This document shows positions 1 through 13,775 of a stretch of DNA of 64,000 bases, piece by piece. Position numbers and translations under genes: made by a program. The stretch is from positions 356,371 through 420,370 of the forward strand of contig JALDTO010000235.1 of NCBI GenBank assembly GCA_023515725.1, in the 5' to 3' direction. The stretch's first letter is position 1. Each line of letters starts with the position of its first letter. The notes under the pieces were generated by a model. The model saw only the letters and a program-made list of their open reading frames with translations. It searched no databases and had not been told where the DNA came from. Origin of the DNA: Amoeboaphelidium protococcarum X5 (Eukaryota; Fungi; Aphelidiomycota).

Positions 1-1093
1 CACTTAGCATTACCCGACTTGGATTAACACTGCGGACTAATTAACCGCTAGTGTCGTAAAATCCAAGAGGGTAAGCTGTGTTCTAATACTAACCAACGAG
101 GACAACATTCCCATTTGGTGACACACTTAGGGAGTTTGGTTACGGTTGCGAATCGTCAATGCGCACCAACCATTAAAAGACACCAGCACTATTTAACTTG
201 GCCAAAAACAGAGCGGATTTCAGATTCGTGTTGCTTTGTTAGGTGGTGTAAAGCTGGTTTGTAGAATCACGAATACCGAGTAAGCCAATTGGAGTCTTTT
301 AACCATTCAATACATCGTCCCCAAAAGTGAAAGATCCAGATACGTACACATCACCAGTTGATTACGACACGGCAATAGCAGAGTTACACGTAACCACTGC
401 AGCATGACCGAAATTAACTTTCCATAGCTAAACACCACTGGGATTTACCTTTCGCAAATTACAGACAGAAGTTGGGATACCAAAGCTAATTCCCCCAACC
501 GTATACCTAAAATCTTAGTAAACTTACGACATTTGAAAAATTTTATTATCAGAATCAACTGCAAGTCCCTTTATCGGTAAAAATTCATTAGCTAGACGTG
601 AAGTCCACTAAAATTGACCTGCTGATGACCACTTAGCTTGCCATGACGATGTTGGGCCAAAGGACGAATAATAGACCTGCACTTAATTAAAATAAAACCT
701 TATTGCTGAACCTGCATCATACATCTGGCCCGTGGCTATTAGATTGCCTGAATTGTCTGTGGTCAATTAATGGCTGTAAACGCCTCCGGTGCTACACATG
801 GATATTGTCCACAAAATCTAGCCAGTCGAGCCATTAATTTTTACAATAGAAGTGGACTATTACCCATAATCGACATTACTCGTATTTTAGACAGCACCAT
901 CAAATGAGTTAACAAACTGAGATTGAACATTGTTGTACCAATATGATACAAAGAAGTCACCATTGAGGTCAGTCACAGTGTCGATGTACTATACCATGTT
1001 GTTTGAAAGCGTGCCAACCCATGATACATTCGCCCATTCACTTGTTACAGCTGTACCAAACCAGCCAATGCCAAGAATTACAGATAGAAGCAT
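1..1093 (-). CDS. Secreted beta-propeller repeat protein (SBBP-like repeats), runs off the window
   Basis: Table-6 frame open from ATG 1093 to the window edge. Signal-like start MLLSVILGIGWFGTAVTS. Repeated blades TDNSGNLIATG, AKWSSAGQFQW, AIAVSQSTGDVYVSGSF, LFLAKLNSAGVFQW. Confidence 0.75.
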
Positions 1094-1593
1094 TAGTTGT
1101 TGTTAGAATTAGTGTAAGCAATCTAGCGATTAAGCAGAGTTCAGTCAATAGTAATAGTAATAGTTGGATGCGCTATTATTTTATTACTTAAATAAATTGC
1201 ATCTATTAAGCTGAATAAGATAAGACCATGATAAAGCGATGAACCGATATGCATCACTTTCGGTCTAAAAATAGCTACGCTGGAACACGCAGGTTGCTAC
1301 AATACGCGGATCAATGTTATTTATGCAGCGATTCAAAAGCTAAGATCCCTGTTATGCGATATAGCAAAATTATTCGCACCTAAGTAAACCATTGTGAAAG
1401 CGTAGTATTCAAATTACAATGGTAAACATACAGTAAATGATATGGGCTATAAAAGCAAATCCGATCAACCATGTAAAGTTTTTACCTCACTTTAAATGAT
1501 CAAAAATCTTATGCATAGCGATTTAACCACAAGCAGAGTATCAACACGAAACTTTATTACACTTCATGAGAATCACCAAAAGCTCATCTAATT

Positions 1594-4500
1594 TCAAAAC
1601 CACTGATTGTATGGAACATTGTTCTGGAATGGACCTGATGACTGCTATTACCCATTCTACAAAGGTTACCCAGATTTGACATCATTAGCGGCAGGTCCAT
1701 TTGGAGCAGTATTAGCACTTTACACATTGCCAAACATATCAAACAAACTTGGCTCATTTCCTGCCATCCTAAACGCACTGTACTTATCAGAGGGATCAGG
1801 CTGCTATTACTACTATTAGTTGAAACTGTTCTGATTATACTATTACGATGTTGATGATTATGACACCTGCTGATGAGAATACATCTACTACTGCTACTAA
1901 CCATACATATTACTGCCACCAGATGACATATTGCCGCCTATGTTTTGCTGAGGTATAGCAGGAGCAAACGAATTTTGTGAAAACAAATCAGTAGAAAAAG
2001 GTGTACCGCCTTAACCAGAGCCCACACTACCTGCCATACCACTACCAGGTTAATTGAATTGATTATAAGATCCAGCATTAAATCCGGGCTAAAATCCAGC
2101 TTGTGGATTAGAAATCAGCGGCTAGTTTGACTACGATTACTAGGGAGGATACTACTACATTTAAGGATATCCAGACATCATTGGAGACTATTACTATTAC
2201 TGAGGATAAGATGTCGGTGCAATCTGTGATCTAGTTGGCTAACTCTAAACTGAGGCTGGGCGTTCAAACGGCACACTATTACCAGATACCATAAAAGCAT
2301 CCGAAAGACCACCATTTAAGGCCCCAGATTGCACTAAATTCATTGGAGACTGCTATTATTAAAAGGCATTGGAAACGCTAGATGGTCTTTGAGGGATCGC
2401 ACTTTGCTGGCCAGAGTAATTATTGGACTATTGAGCGAGCTTAGATCTGGCATTATCAAACAGCGTATCAGGATTAATTGCAGGGACGGCAACACTCTAC
2501 TGAGATTATTATTACTACTGTTGCTACCTCCCTCTTCGCAACGTGTTATTGTTCGAATTCTATTACTGCTAATTCACCGGAGCAGCAAACGATGGAAAAT
2601 TAGACTGAACTTACGCGGATACAGCAGGTTAAGCCACGGCGGGTGCACTAGTAAACAAATCAGTCTTTGGTGCCGAATCTTTAATTGGAGCTGCTTACCG
2701 CTACTATTGCTGAACTGCTACTCGAGGTTAAGAATTCAATGAGCCATTAGAAGATGTCTTTGCACGCTTCAATTCTTCTTCCTAAAGACGTTTCGCCAGC
2801 TCCTCATCGCGCCTCAACTACTCTAACATATCCTACTTCATCTAGGGGGACTAAGTGCGATCAATGGTGGCAACCTTCTTCGCCAACAGAGAATCAAGAT
2901 ATGCAATATTCTTCAACTCTGCATCCTTTTCTTTCGGATCGGCTTTCATAGTAGGAACTGTGGAGCCGGTGCCGGTACTAATAGGAGGCTTAACTTGTTA
3001 ATCAACAGAAGTAGATCTTAATCCCTAAGCAGCAACAGGCTCCTTGTTCAATGCAACCGCAGGATCAGCAACTTTGGAGAAAAAGTCCAATCCTTACTGC
3101 AACTTATCCATGCTCGGTCTACCACGCCTTCTCTCTAAAGTATCTTGCGACATAGGCTACTAAGCGGCCTGTGCAAATACCGGCATAGAAGATTGACCAA
3201 CACTACTTTGGGTTTAAATCTTCTGTTTAGCAAGCACTCGCAGTATATCTCCTTCTCTCATTCCCATTTCCTTCATAATGACACGCGTGAGATGCTCCAT
3301 CACATCTTAATCCATCTTCTCTTGAACAAACTTCTAAGCATACTACTAGGCATCTTCCTGATCAATCTTGCATGATAAAAAATACTCCAACCAATTGAAT
3401 CCAGCATAAGAATATGGATCTTTTACAGCCCTAGGCTTAAAATTGTCCTGAGGAGACTGCATTGACATCGAACTAGATTACGGCTGGGATTAAGGTTACG
3501 AAGCAGAAACATTGGCTTGAGCAGTAGACACGGATAATTCATCAATCTTTGCCAAAACATCATCCAATGCGATACCGCTTTACTCCTATACATACAACAC
3601 ATCTTCTTTACAAAGTTTGGATATCGGAACAGCAATTTTGACGCCATTAGTCTTATGCAACTAAACTTTACCATCCTTGTATCCCAAATACGCGGCCTCC
3701 ACCTTAAAAGTCTTTGAAGTATCAGTCCACTAGCGGTTATCAAACATTTGCTTCTTAGTGCTATGGATTGAACCACTTTCTGCACTGTTAACTGATGATG
3801 GGGAAGTTATAGATGGTGCATCAATTTACGGACGAGGAGCCAATCTCGGCGGGCTTTCAACTGATGCTAACTTGGACGTCTCCGGTGGATAATACTCGGC
3901 CGCAGAAGAGAAAGACTCCGCATCTGATGTAACTCTAGGAGGCAGTTTTGGCGTTGCGTTCTAACTAGGCCTAGGAGGGGTCTCAGGGCGACCATATTCA
4001 GTATCAACAACTACTGGCATAGCAGCTCTCGGAGGCTTTTGTGGTGATTATGTGGTACTTACAGATGAAAAAACCACTGAGCTATTACTAGGCGTACTAT
4101 TTCCGCTTCTCTACCGCGGCGGCTTTACTGGAGGAACATTTTATGCAGATACCACAGAAGGAACAACTTGCCGCCGCTCAGGCTCTTTAGAAATGAGACC
4201 AGAAGGAACTTCCATCTAAAACTTCTCTGGAAGTTGCTATGCAGTCTCCACCTTCTCAAATTAGATATTCTTTCTCGGAAACACGCCTATATTCTTGGAA
4301 TCACCAATTTTAAATCCATGACACCATTCATCACCTTTCTTAGTGACAATTACTCGATCACCGACATTCAATTTCAATTCGTCATCACCTTAGCCCTCAA
4401 ATTCGTACATTACAACAGCCTTTAAGGCTAACGGAGCTTCAGCTGGGTTATCCTGGGACACAATACCGGCATCCAACTCCCGTGACCCACTCAACTTTAT

Positions 4501-5730
4501 GACAGAGCCAGAAATAGGAGAGGAGATGGCTTTCAAAGACTGATTTGACGCCATATTCTTCTTACCTTTATTGGCAGGAGCCAGAGAATCTTGAGATTAT
4601 ACTGGACTGCTATGTCGACTGTTTACCGCACTTGGTTTACTACCACTACTTTCAACACCTTTAAAAGTGTCAATTTAAGTGATCAATCGTGACAGAGCAT
4701 TCTTATCGTTGGAGAGAAATTCGTATGGAGATGAGTTACCATGTGGCTATAGCATAAACTTCTTCTTCTCCCTTTTATAATGAGCCAAATCATTAACATT
4801 CCATGTTTGAATGGTGCTCTTATCTTTATCATCAATGAAATCAATGTTCCCATCAGAGAATTTGAGATATCCCTCTCTCGTTCTCTGCTTCTTACCAATC
4901 CTTATTATCGCAGTTACAGGACACAAATCCGTATCAACCGCATTATCAACTGTCTTAGATTAAGAGCCATCCATCTATGGAGCATCAACGGGAAAATCAA
5001 AAGACGGCGAAGCTTTAGAAGGAGACTTGACCACCTACTCTACGTGCTATCCAGGGATAAAATCATCATTAAAATCGTCAAACTCTTCCACCGGGGCTTC
5101 CTAAGCTTAAATCTACTCAATCGCATATTATTAAAGCGGATCGACATATTCTTATGACTAAGATTCTTTCATGGCTGCATACAGTGAAAGTTCTTTATTA
5201 CTAAAAGATTTAACTAATCCGCTTCCACCGGCAACGTCGTCGCCAGTCATTACAGCAGCAGGACCTTACGAATTCTCAGGAGACTACGGCCGGCTCTCGT
5301 CAAATTCTTTATCCAAATCTTGTACATTTATAGACGGTGCATTTAAGACTACATCAGTATTGGGTTCACAATAACTAGCAGGAACTTATCCAAACCGGCC
5401 ATCTAATTCAACCAACCACCAACCCGAACAAAGTTCATCGTCAAACACATTCAAAGTCGAACCTTCAGCAAAACTAAGTTCCATTTCACTTTGCTGTTCG
5501 TAATCATACAAAGCAGTGGCATTATACTTCACAGGGGCCGACTCAATGTAACTTGACGGGACACTGCCAGATGTGTCAATGTGAGGATACACAGCACACT
5601 CCCACCAGTCATTATCAGACTTGTCAAAAACAACTAGCAGATCTCCCTCTTAGAAATTCAGTAAGTTACTATCATCCTCATTCTGATCTGTAAAATCATA
5701 TCTTGCCACACAAATTCCAACAATAGCCAT
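1594..5730 (-). CDS. SLA1: Endocytic adaptor Sla1 (SH3-SH3, SHD1, SHD2/SAM, low-complexity tail)
   Basis: Single table-6 ORF of 1379 codons ending in TGA. SH3 motifs ARYDF..DWWE and ALYDYEQQSEMELSF..GWWLV. SHD1 [37 protein letters not shown]. SHD2 NWLEYFLSC..GMREGDILRVL. Confidence 0.92.
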
Positions 5731-5975
5731 TGTATTATAAAAAGTTGGTTGATTGTTACGATATTATCACAGCGCTCAAGTTTGATACGGAAACGACAAA
5801 GTATCCGCGAAAGAAAATGAGAAACAGTAAGAAAAGAGTCGACGGACGAAGAGAGATTGCTCAGCTTGAAGGAAAACTGGAAGACAGACCTCATGCTTTT
5901 AATAGTACTGTAAATCTAAATTACAAACACATAATAATACTAATTAGATCTATACTATATTAAACACGTGATAAT

Positions 5976-6380
5976 TCAAAAGCAGCATTAGCAATCAAAC
6001 GGGCAGTCTTTACTGTTGCCGGCATTTCTATTCTATTCGATCAGTTCTTCAGCAGAGATTATACGATAGCCCTCCTCAGTTGTTTTTGAATTACTCGACT
6101 GAGATTGACGAGAAAAGAGCCCATCGATTAAAGATATACTCTCAGCTTGAATATGTGCAGATTTACTTTATTTAGCTATGCCTTTGGAATTTGCTTTATT
6201 GGAATCCTTCTTAGTCACCGTCTATTTCTTCGCGTTTTAGTCTTTCAGAGAAGAGTTGATACTTGATGATTAATTGGGAATAGCCTCTTTATCCGACTAC
6301 GAGTCCTCTGCCTACCGTTTCTTTCCAAAGGAGAATATATCGTCAATTTCATTACGTGGCTTCGACTTCACCTTTCCCAT
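5976..6380 (-). CDS. DUF1764-family small protein
   Basis: 135 codons. N-terminal EIDDIF and C-terminal TEEGYRIISAEEL..GNSKDCPFDCQCCF signature. Confidence 0.85.
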
Positions 6381-6750
6381 CTCTAATTATATGTCTATTA
6401 ATTATCTAAACGATTGATATAAAGAATAAGTACAAAGTTTAGTGACAATGAAGCGCGTCTTTGATATTTTTTGTGCTCCTTTATTATTCAGGCTGAACGT
6501 TTTAAAAGATTCTCTCCCTCGCGCGCGTTGCCAAGTGAAGTGAGTTACAGTGAGTGAGTGATCGCAGCGGGAATGAAACGGATTGCATTTTTTAAATTCT
6601 CATCTTTCTTCTTCTTTTTGTATTCTTTGTTTAGCTTTCCTACATTCTTTGTTTTTCCTGGTATTGTTATATACAGTTCTGCTTTATTTGACTCTGTCTT
6701 TTAGTTGATAGCGTTTATTTAGTCTGGTTTATATCTGAAAATCTGATAAA

Positions 6751-9309
6751 ATGCAACCTGTTGGTGGTCAGATGTAGGGAGCTAGTGCTGTAGATGTTGC
6801 TCTGAAAGTTAATGAATAATTGCGTTAATTGAGGGTGCATTTGAATAAACTCATATCTCTGCTGGATGGTAAAACTTTGATGTTGAGTGGAGTGAGTACG
6901 GAGCAGTTGGTAAAGTTGAATCATGATTTGTAAATTCAGATGGAGGGATTGTAGTCATAGAGTAACGCTGCTCTTGAGATTGTCACTCCAAATGTATCTG
7001 GCAGTCACGGCGGTGGTAATAGTAGCAGTAATAATAATAATAACGGTAATAGTGGCAAAGCTTAGCCGGCAGAATTTAAGAAGAAACCGTCTCTATCTAA
7101 TTGGTTCCAGTCTAAAGTTGTATCTAAACTTGGTCCTATTCTGTCTCCTTTCTCATTGGAAGAAAAGTTTAAAGGAAATTTTAGGGCTTTCATAGAGTGT
7201 CTGGAAAGGTTCAAAGCTGGCGTAGAGTCTGCCATCTAGTGTGGAGCGAATATCGAATGGGAGGTGATCAACAGTTTGAAAGTTATATCCCATCTTCTGA
7301 ATGATTACCGGCGGTATGTCTACATTCTGATCCCGCATCTCAAGACTTATATTCTCTACCTCAACAGTTACCTTATGCACCATTCGATATCAAAGCGATG
7401 TACAAGTTTGGGGATGAGAGTGGATGGGATTCCATCTGAACATATTCAGTCTATCACATTAACTTCGTGTTGGAATCCATAGTAGGAGCATTTCTCATTA
7501 GCGCCAAATATTAAGAGGATTATGCGACACCCAATTGATCCTAGATATGATTTCCGCGTGTTGCATGACTCCTCTATTTATTAGAAGGATGGTATTGATA
7601 TTGTAGATACTCTTCCCAAATGCGATGGATAAAAGTTGATGGAATTTTTCACTTATTTTAAAGACCCTATCACCACTAATAGTGAAATTAATGAATAAGC
7701 AACAGATGGTGATGTCTCGTGCCTATTAACGGCAACGTATCCCATGATTAAAGCTAGTAGGCTCCTCTCCAAAGATCAATAACGAAAGTCTTAAGAAGGT
7801 CAACTTCTATTACAAGATGAAATGGTTCTGCTTAATGATCCGAATGCCGATGCATATGTTCTTATTGAAGGCAGTAATTTTATGATTGGATGTGTAGCAG
7901 ATGGAATGGGAGCGGGACATCATGCACGAATAGCTAGTAATTTGACATGTGCAGTTGTACTGGCAAAAATCTTGGGATATAGTTGTAAAGATTAGGCACC
8001 ATCCTAAATAGTGCTCAATAATACGAATGATGTGCTCAATTTCTTAAATGACATTGTGAAAGAAGCGCAAAGGGTCATGTCAGAAGTGGAAGAATGTGGA
8101 GGCACTACTGTTGTCATTTGGATGCTGACTCAATTGAAGGAGCCCTTTAATAACGATATCACACATGTCATGAATTACGTTATGGCTGGAGATGTCGAAG
8201 GTTATCATTACACCGCCAATGTGGCATCGGATTATGTTGCTACACCCAACACTCCATCATCTGTTAATCCATAAATTCTTGTTAATGATCAATCTCGATC
8301 ATAAAGTAAAAAGACTCGACATTTTTAGAAGAAATGGCGTTCTCTACATCAGTATCCGAGAGATAATGAGGGCATTCGTCTGAATACTAGCTATACACCT
8401 GGTGGTATTGGTCGACATCATGGATTGTCCAATATGATCTGGGGAGGATTTTTGAATCCAGAGTACGTGGAGCGCAATTGGTAGACTCTGACCGGATAAG
8501 GATAAGCTAAAGACTCGATTGAGGATAATGGGCGTTCTGAATTTGACTCGATGAGTTCTCTGACTGATTTCTATGCTCATACGAATAATTTGCATTTTGG
8601 TTAAACCTTTTGTGAGGCTGATGATTTCTTTGTGTTTGCCAGTGATGGCTTGGGTGATTGCTTGGATCCACTGCAGCTCTATCCACGACCCTATTTAATA
8701 CACGGACTAGAATCCTTTTCTTCGTGGTAGTAGTTCTAGAAAGAGTTTGATAATGCCGTGGTTGGTTATGGCTCTGCGATGGTATCTCGCGATCTGAAGG
8801 AGTTGGCGTTCAACAATGCTCTTGCGCCCGTTATGGCTCCATACGGCGTTGATGGACAGACTTCAACTTTGAAGAAAGTTTTCGCCTAGAATGACAAGCT
8901 GGAGGTGAATACATCAAGCAATCCATCTTTGCATCTCGACATTAGTGCTGAGAAGATTTTATAAGCGTGTGTGAAGCATGCTATGGATGCAACTAAAGGC
9001 GATCGCGATCTTTACGATGATGATACATTTCTGCATTCTCAGAGAGCGGACAAGCACAAGATTATGGAGCAGCTTATTGATAAATACATATCTGTGAATC
9101 TTCCATTCAGGCGATACTCTAGCATTCCAGTGGGCGGCTCTTCATCGACAAGGCATCAAATATCGATACAAACCGGTAGATCCACAAAAGCTGTGGGCAT
9201 TAGTGGCAATATGGGTGCCATCAAATTTGGTCTTCCTCCTGTTTACATCCCGTTTGCGAAGATTGATCATCTGGGCATTGAAGTTGTTCGTGTTTCAGCT
9301 CCATAATGA
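6751..9309 (+). CDS. PP2C-like (PPM-fold) phosphatase domain protein
   Basis: 853-codon table-6 ORF with PPM motifs VADGMG, GGTT, AGD, ASDGLGDCLDP and KIDH, ending TAA-TGA. Confidence 0.8.
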
Positions 9310-9545
9310 TCTAGTTTTCTGTATAATGATTCTATTCCAATGACGGTGATAATAAAGTATTGTGTACACTTTTCTAAATACGCTTTATTTTTTAAAAGGT
9401 TGCTAAATTTCGCGTAATCTTTGATCTTAGAATTTTCTCTAATTGTTCTACGGCAAATCTCTTCTTCTTTTTTTCCACATTTACAGTATTGATTAAACGC
9501 GTATTATCAATTCGTCGTATCTTAAATGCGTTAATTAATAATACC

Positions 9546-9695
9546 AAGTGATTAAAATGATGCGTTGTAATTTGCGTCCGAGAACAGTTGTGTTGGTATT
9601 CATTGGTTGGAGCAGCCACTTTGACCGTGTTTACCTTTGCGTAGTAGCAAAAGATGCCGCTGTCTGTGAAGACACTGTACACTGATTAATCACTT
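9546..9695 (+). ncRNA. Box C/D snoRNA, U16/SNORD16/snR87-like (18S rRNA Am guide)
   Basis: 10-bp terminal stem AAGTGATTAA / TTAATCACTT. Box C-like ATGATG at 9557, guide GTAATTTGCGT at 9567-9577 complementary to conserved 18S GCGCAAAUUAC, D'-like CCGA at 9578, box D CTGA at 9682. Confidence 0.85.
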
Positions 9696-9767
9696 ATTCA
9701 CATTTATCATTACTTTATTGTGCCATTTTTTATATTAAAACGCGTTAAACTTATTGCCACCGAGTGC

Positions 9768-10399
9768 TCATAACATCATTGGCGCTTTTACTTATTCAAC
9801 CGTACTTTCACCAGCCAATTCTTTCACTACTGAGAGGGCGAAATCAAATGAAGTACCAGGTCCACGCGAAGTAATCAGCTTAGACCCACCTTCATTGATA
9901 GTTGCAGTAACAACACGCTCATCATCAACGTATTCGTAATCATGATCCAATTAAGATTTGACTGAAGGATGACTCGTGATCTTACATCCTTTACAGAGGC
10001 CACTTTCTACCAGCGCGATTGGACTAGCACAGATGATTCCAATGACTTTTTGAGGTGCGTTAACGTAACGCTTCAACAGAGACTATACTTGAGCATCGGA
10101 GCAAAAGAACTTGGCACCAGCTAAACCACCTGGCAGTATCAGCGCATCATAACTGTCCACATTCTAAAGTTCAGACAAACACGAATCTGCTTCAATCTTC
10201 ACCTGTCTAGAACACACCACAGTGCGGCTAGTTGTTACAATAACGACATCCACTTGAATCTACACTTAGGATTTAATACGATTCATCATAAACATTCAAA
10301 AATTTATGAATAAAATACCTGAGCACGTCGAAGAACATCAATAGCTATCACAGCCTCCATTTCCTCAGAGCCATCCGAAATCAGTACTATCGCTTTCAT
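9768..10399 (-). CDS. DJ-1/PfpI family protein (intron 10260-10318)
   Basis: GSEEMEAVIAIDVLRRA, LILPGG, ICASP (catalytic Cys) and ITSRGPGTSFDFAL. 59-nt GT-AG intron. Confidence 0.93.
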
Positions 10400-10565
10400 T
10401 ATTATCACTTTAAACTTCTTTCAATGCTATGATTGTGATAGCGACCACCAATCTACAAAATTTAAAGCGATCTTTCGACAAAACAAGTGAATACTCATTC
10501 AATCAGACTTAAAACAGATTCAAAAGAGTAAATTTGCAAGCAATAATTGAAAGTATATCAAGTAG

Positions 10566-11420
10566 TCAAAGAGAACTTTTAACAGGTTGTTGAGCAGCAG
10601 CTATCTCTGCTTTTAGGTTGAATGTGTCCTGAGCTCCAACTACTAGTAGGCCTTGTTTAGTGATCAGAATACAGTCTCCCTTGCGTATTCTAGGTATTCT
10701 TCGATTACCGTTCTTATTCAAAGCATTATCAGGCATCTCAATCTTTAATCCGCGATATATTGCAATGATGAAAGCGTCAATGACATCTCCAATAGGCACT
10801 TGAACCAGTCTTCCACTTTCCAGAAGAGCGGCAAACTTTTGATCCAGCTTCATGGCTCCCTGAACCAAGTTGGTCTTCACAAAGTATGGACACAGTGCAA
10901 CCACAGTCTACTATGAGAATTACAAAGCCTTTGTCAGACCGACCACACCATACTTTGTACCAGTATACACAGGATCCAGAGCAAATGGCAACACTCCAGA
11001 CATACTTGACACATTGATTATGACACCACCGCTTCTGCCTTTCATGAGAACGTTTGACGCGAGATAAGTTCCCACGACGACAGCTTTAAAGTTGATGTCA
11101 ACCAGACGCTCGATAGACTTGATAGAGTGCTGAATATTGTCATTGTTGTCCGCTCTATGGAATTTCACTGAAGATGCAATACCGGCATTGTTTATAAACA
11201 CATCAACTTGATACTTTTACTGAATCAGTTAATCTACAGCTGTAGCGAGATCTTTAGTAATGTCACAGCGAATAAACTTTAATCGATCATTATTAATGTC
11301 TGGGTGAGCAATGTCAAGCACTACCACCGTCCAATTGCCTAAAGACAATAGTTTCTTCACTACTTCCTTCCCTATACCGTTTGAACCTCCAGTAATCACA
11401 GCGGTATACTACGCGCTCAT
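10566..11420 (-). CDS. Short-chain dehydrogenase/reductase (15-PGDH/ADH-like)
   Basis: 285 codons with TGGSNGIG, NNAGI, NVSS and YTGTK motifs. Confidence 0.92.
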
Positions 11421-11577
11421 CTTTTAAATCTTACTTGTTATTACAATATCAAGAAGAGATTATGTAATCAGCCTAAACATTAGCCTTGATCAAGCATCAA
11501 ATTTCCGATCAAAATGATAAAATTGTAAAATATAAATTTAAAGGTGACAAGGTAAAGTCGATGAGATTAATCATTAA

Positions 11578-12162
11578 TCACTCAGTCTAGATAACACCCT
11601 TCTCGCTGACGTAGATACCGTCCAAGAACTTACGGATATCCTTCTCCTTGACGTTGGTGCTCTACTAGATGGAGGCTGCACACTGACTGACATCCTCAAT
11701 GCTATTACCTTCCAAATAGATCTCATCCTTCTGTGCAGTAGATAAGAAAATCTTGACACCCTCCTTCATCTCGACAGCACGCAACACCTTCTCACCCAAG
11801 AAATTACGGATTTCAATCTTGCTGTTGTCCTTTGGAATGTTGACGTTAATTGGGAAATGCGCGTAGACAAAACGCATCTTGTATCTGTATCCCTTGGTGA
11901 CACCATTGACCATGTTCTTGACGTGAGTGCAGATGGTTCTAAGGCAGGCAGCGTGTAATCTAGCAGCGTGCCACAGAGTAACTCTCAATGCCTTTTCTCC
12001 AACGTGCTTCTAACTCTTGACAATCTACAGCTCACATGCAGTGTGCTTAAATGACTTTTTCAATGTTCCTCTAGGTCCCTTAACGGTGACAACGCGCGAT
12101 TAGACGGACACCTCCACACCTTCTGGGATTCTAACGTCCTGGCTGCTATTAATGGTCTTCAT
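11578..12162 (-). CDS. RPL9: 60S ribosomal protein L9 (uL6)
   Basis: [25 protein letters not shown] and [15 protein letters not shown]. 195 codons; conserved IQQ is encoded by TAG TAG. Confidence 0.97.
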
Positions 12163-12474
12163 TATAGTAGTAGTTGATGTTGTTGTAGCTATATAAAGCG
12201 TCCACTTATAATGACTCGAGAAAGGCAATCAGGCTGGGCTAATTCAATTAATCTCTTTCCAGGCGAAGGAACGGAAAACGCGAAATTTTGATCATTTCAA
12301 AGGTCGGTTAGGTTGAAAAAATTGAAGAGGAGTTGATGATTTTTCCTTGTCGCCCAAATGCTCACGCATACAGACGCGACTGAGTGAAAAAACGCGAAAA
12401 CTTTTAAGGCGTTATGTTTCAAGATACGTCTGACTGGTAATGAGCGATGGTCTTAAACATTTATTTATTACAGT

Positions 12475-13515
12475 TCATCGCCATGTCACGTTTACTTGAT
12501 CTGTTCTATACCTTTAGGTGACTATGCAACTGTCATCGACTGGAAAAGTTTTATCCTGACTGGATTTATATTAAAGAAGTCCCGCGCAGGCAATCATGAG
12601 ACCATTGTCTATGCAGTATCTTTCATCAATGGCATACAACTTTCCACCGCGATCTTCAACCATTATTTACATCATCTCTTACAGCCTGAGATTACAGCCC
12701 ACTCCTCCAACGATAAGCACTTCATTACTGTTCTAATGTGCCATCGCCCTCTCGGTCACCTCAATGATCATGGCGAAAATGTACTCTTGTAAGCTCATGC
12801 ACAAATCTGGCATAGAGTAGTCGCCAAACTTTCCGGTGGTATCATCATATGGATTCTCTGTGATATACTGATGGATATTCTTGTAAATTCCACTAAATGA
12901 TACATCCATACCCTTGACAATGTATGGGAGAGAGAATAAATTCTAGCCGTCTGACTTTCTAGCCAACATCTCGATATTGTATCCCGGAGACGGATCGTTT
13001 GGAATGTTCATCAAACGCGCGCACTTGTCGAGCACATTACCTACGGCAGAGTCAAGTGTCTCACCAAAAATTCTATATGTACCATTACTGTAGCAAATTA
13101 CTTGAGTATTACCTCCAGACACGTACAGAATGACAGGATCTTGTGCGCCGGTTATTTGTCGTCCCATCTCAATATGAGCTATGCAATGATTAACAGGTAT
13201 CAGAGGCTTCTTGTATTTGCAAGCCAGAGTACGAGCCACAATAGCACACGATTACAATGGATTAAAAAGACCCGGACCTTTAGTATAGCAAATGATATCA
13301 ATATCGCGCTCTAAGGACATTTGGCACTAGTCCAAGGCCTATTTAATCAGATGAATGATATGCTGCCGATGATGCTATGCAGTCTCTTTTGGGAGGAAGC
13401 CTTGCCCAGGAGGACTGTTATAAGTCTTTCGTATATTCGCCAACTCTACTCCATCCCTCAAGATCCCGATACCTAATTTATTGGCACTGCCTTCGATACC
13501 CAACGCGACCACCAT
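12475..13515 (-). CDS. KAE1: tRNA t6A threonylcarbamoyltransferase Kae1/OSGEP
   Basis: [40 protein letters not shown] and [14 protein letters not shown]. 347 codons. Confidence 0.96.
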
Positions 13516-13775
13516 TATCTGAACTATCAAAACTGAAAATCGATAGAAATGAAGGAAGGTATCGATGGATCAACGCGGTAGTAAAACAAACCGTACACCT
13601 CAAGAAGAGACGAATTATCTGATGGTTGAAGACAAGGAAATACACAAGCGCTCTATGATCCAAAACAATGTTAAGCGCGTCAAATCATAATGGGTGAAAC
13701 ACGAATTCTCGTTTCAACTTTTTCCGGTGATGCCTTCTATTCCCTGTACCGGTAAAAATAAAAAGTGTCGCAGTT

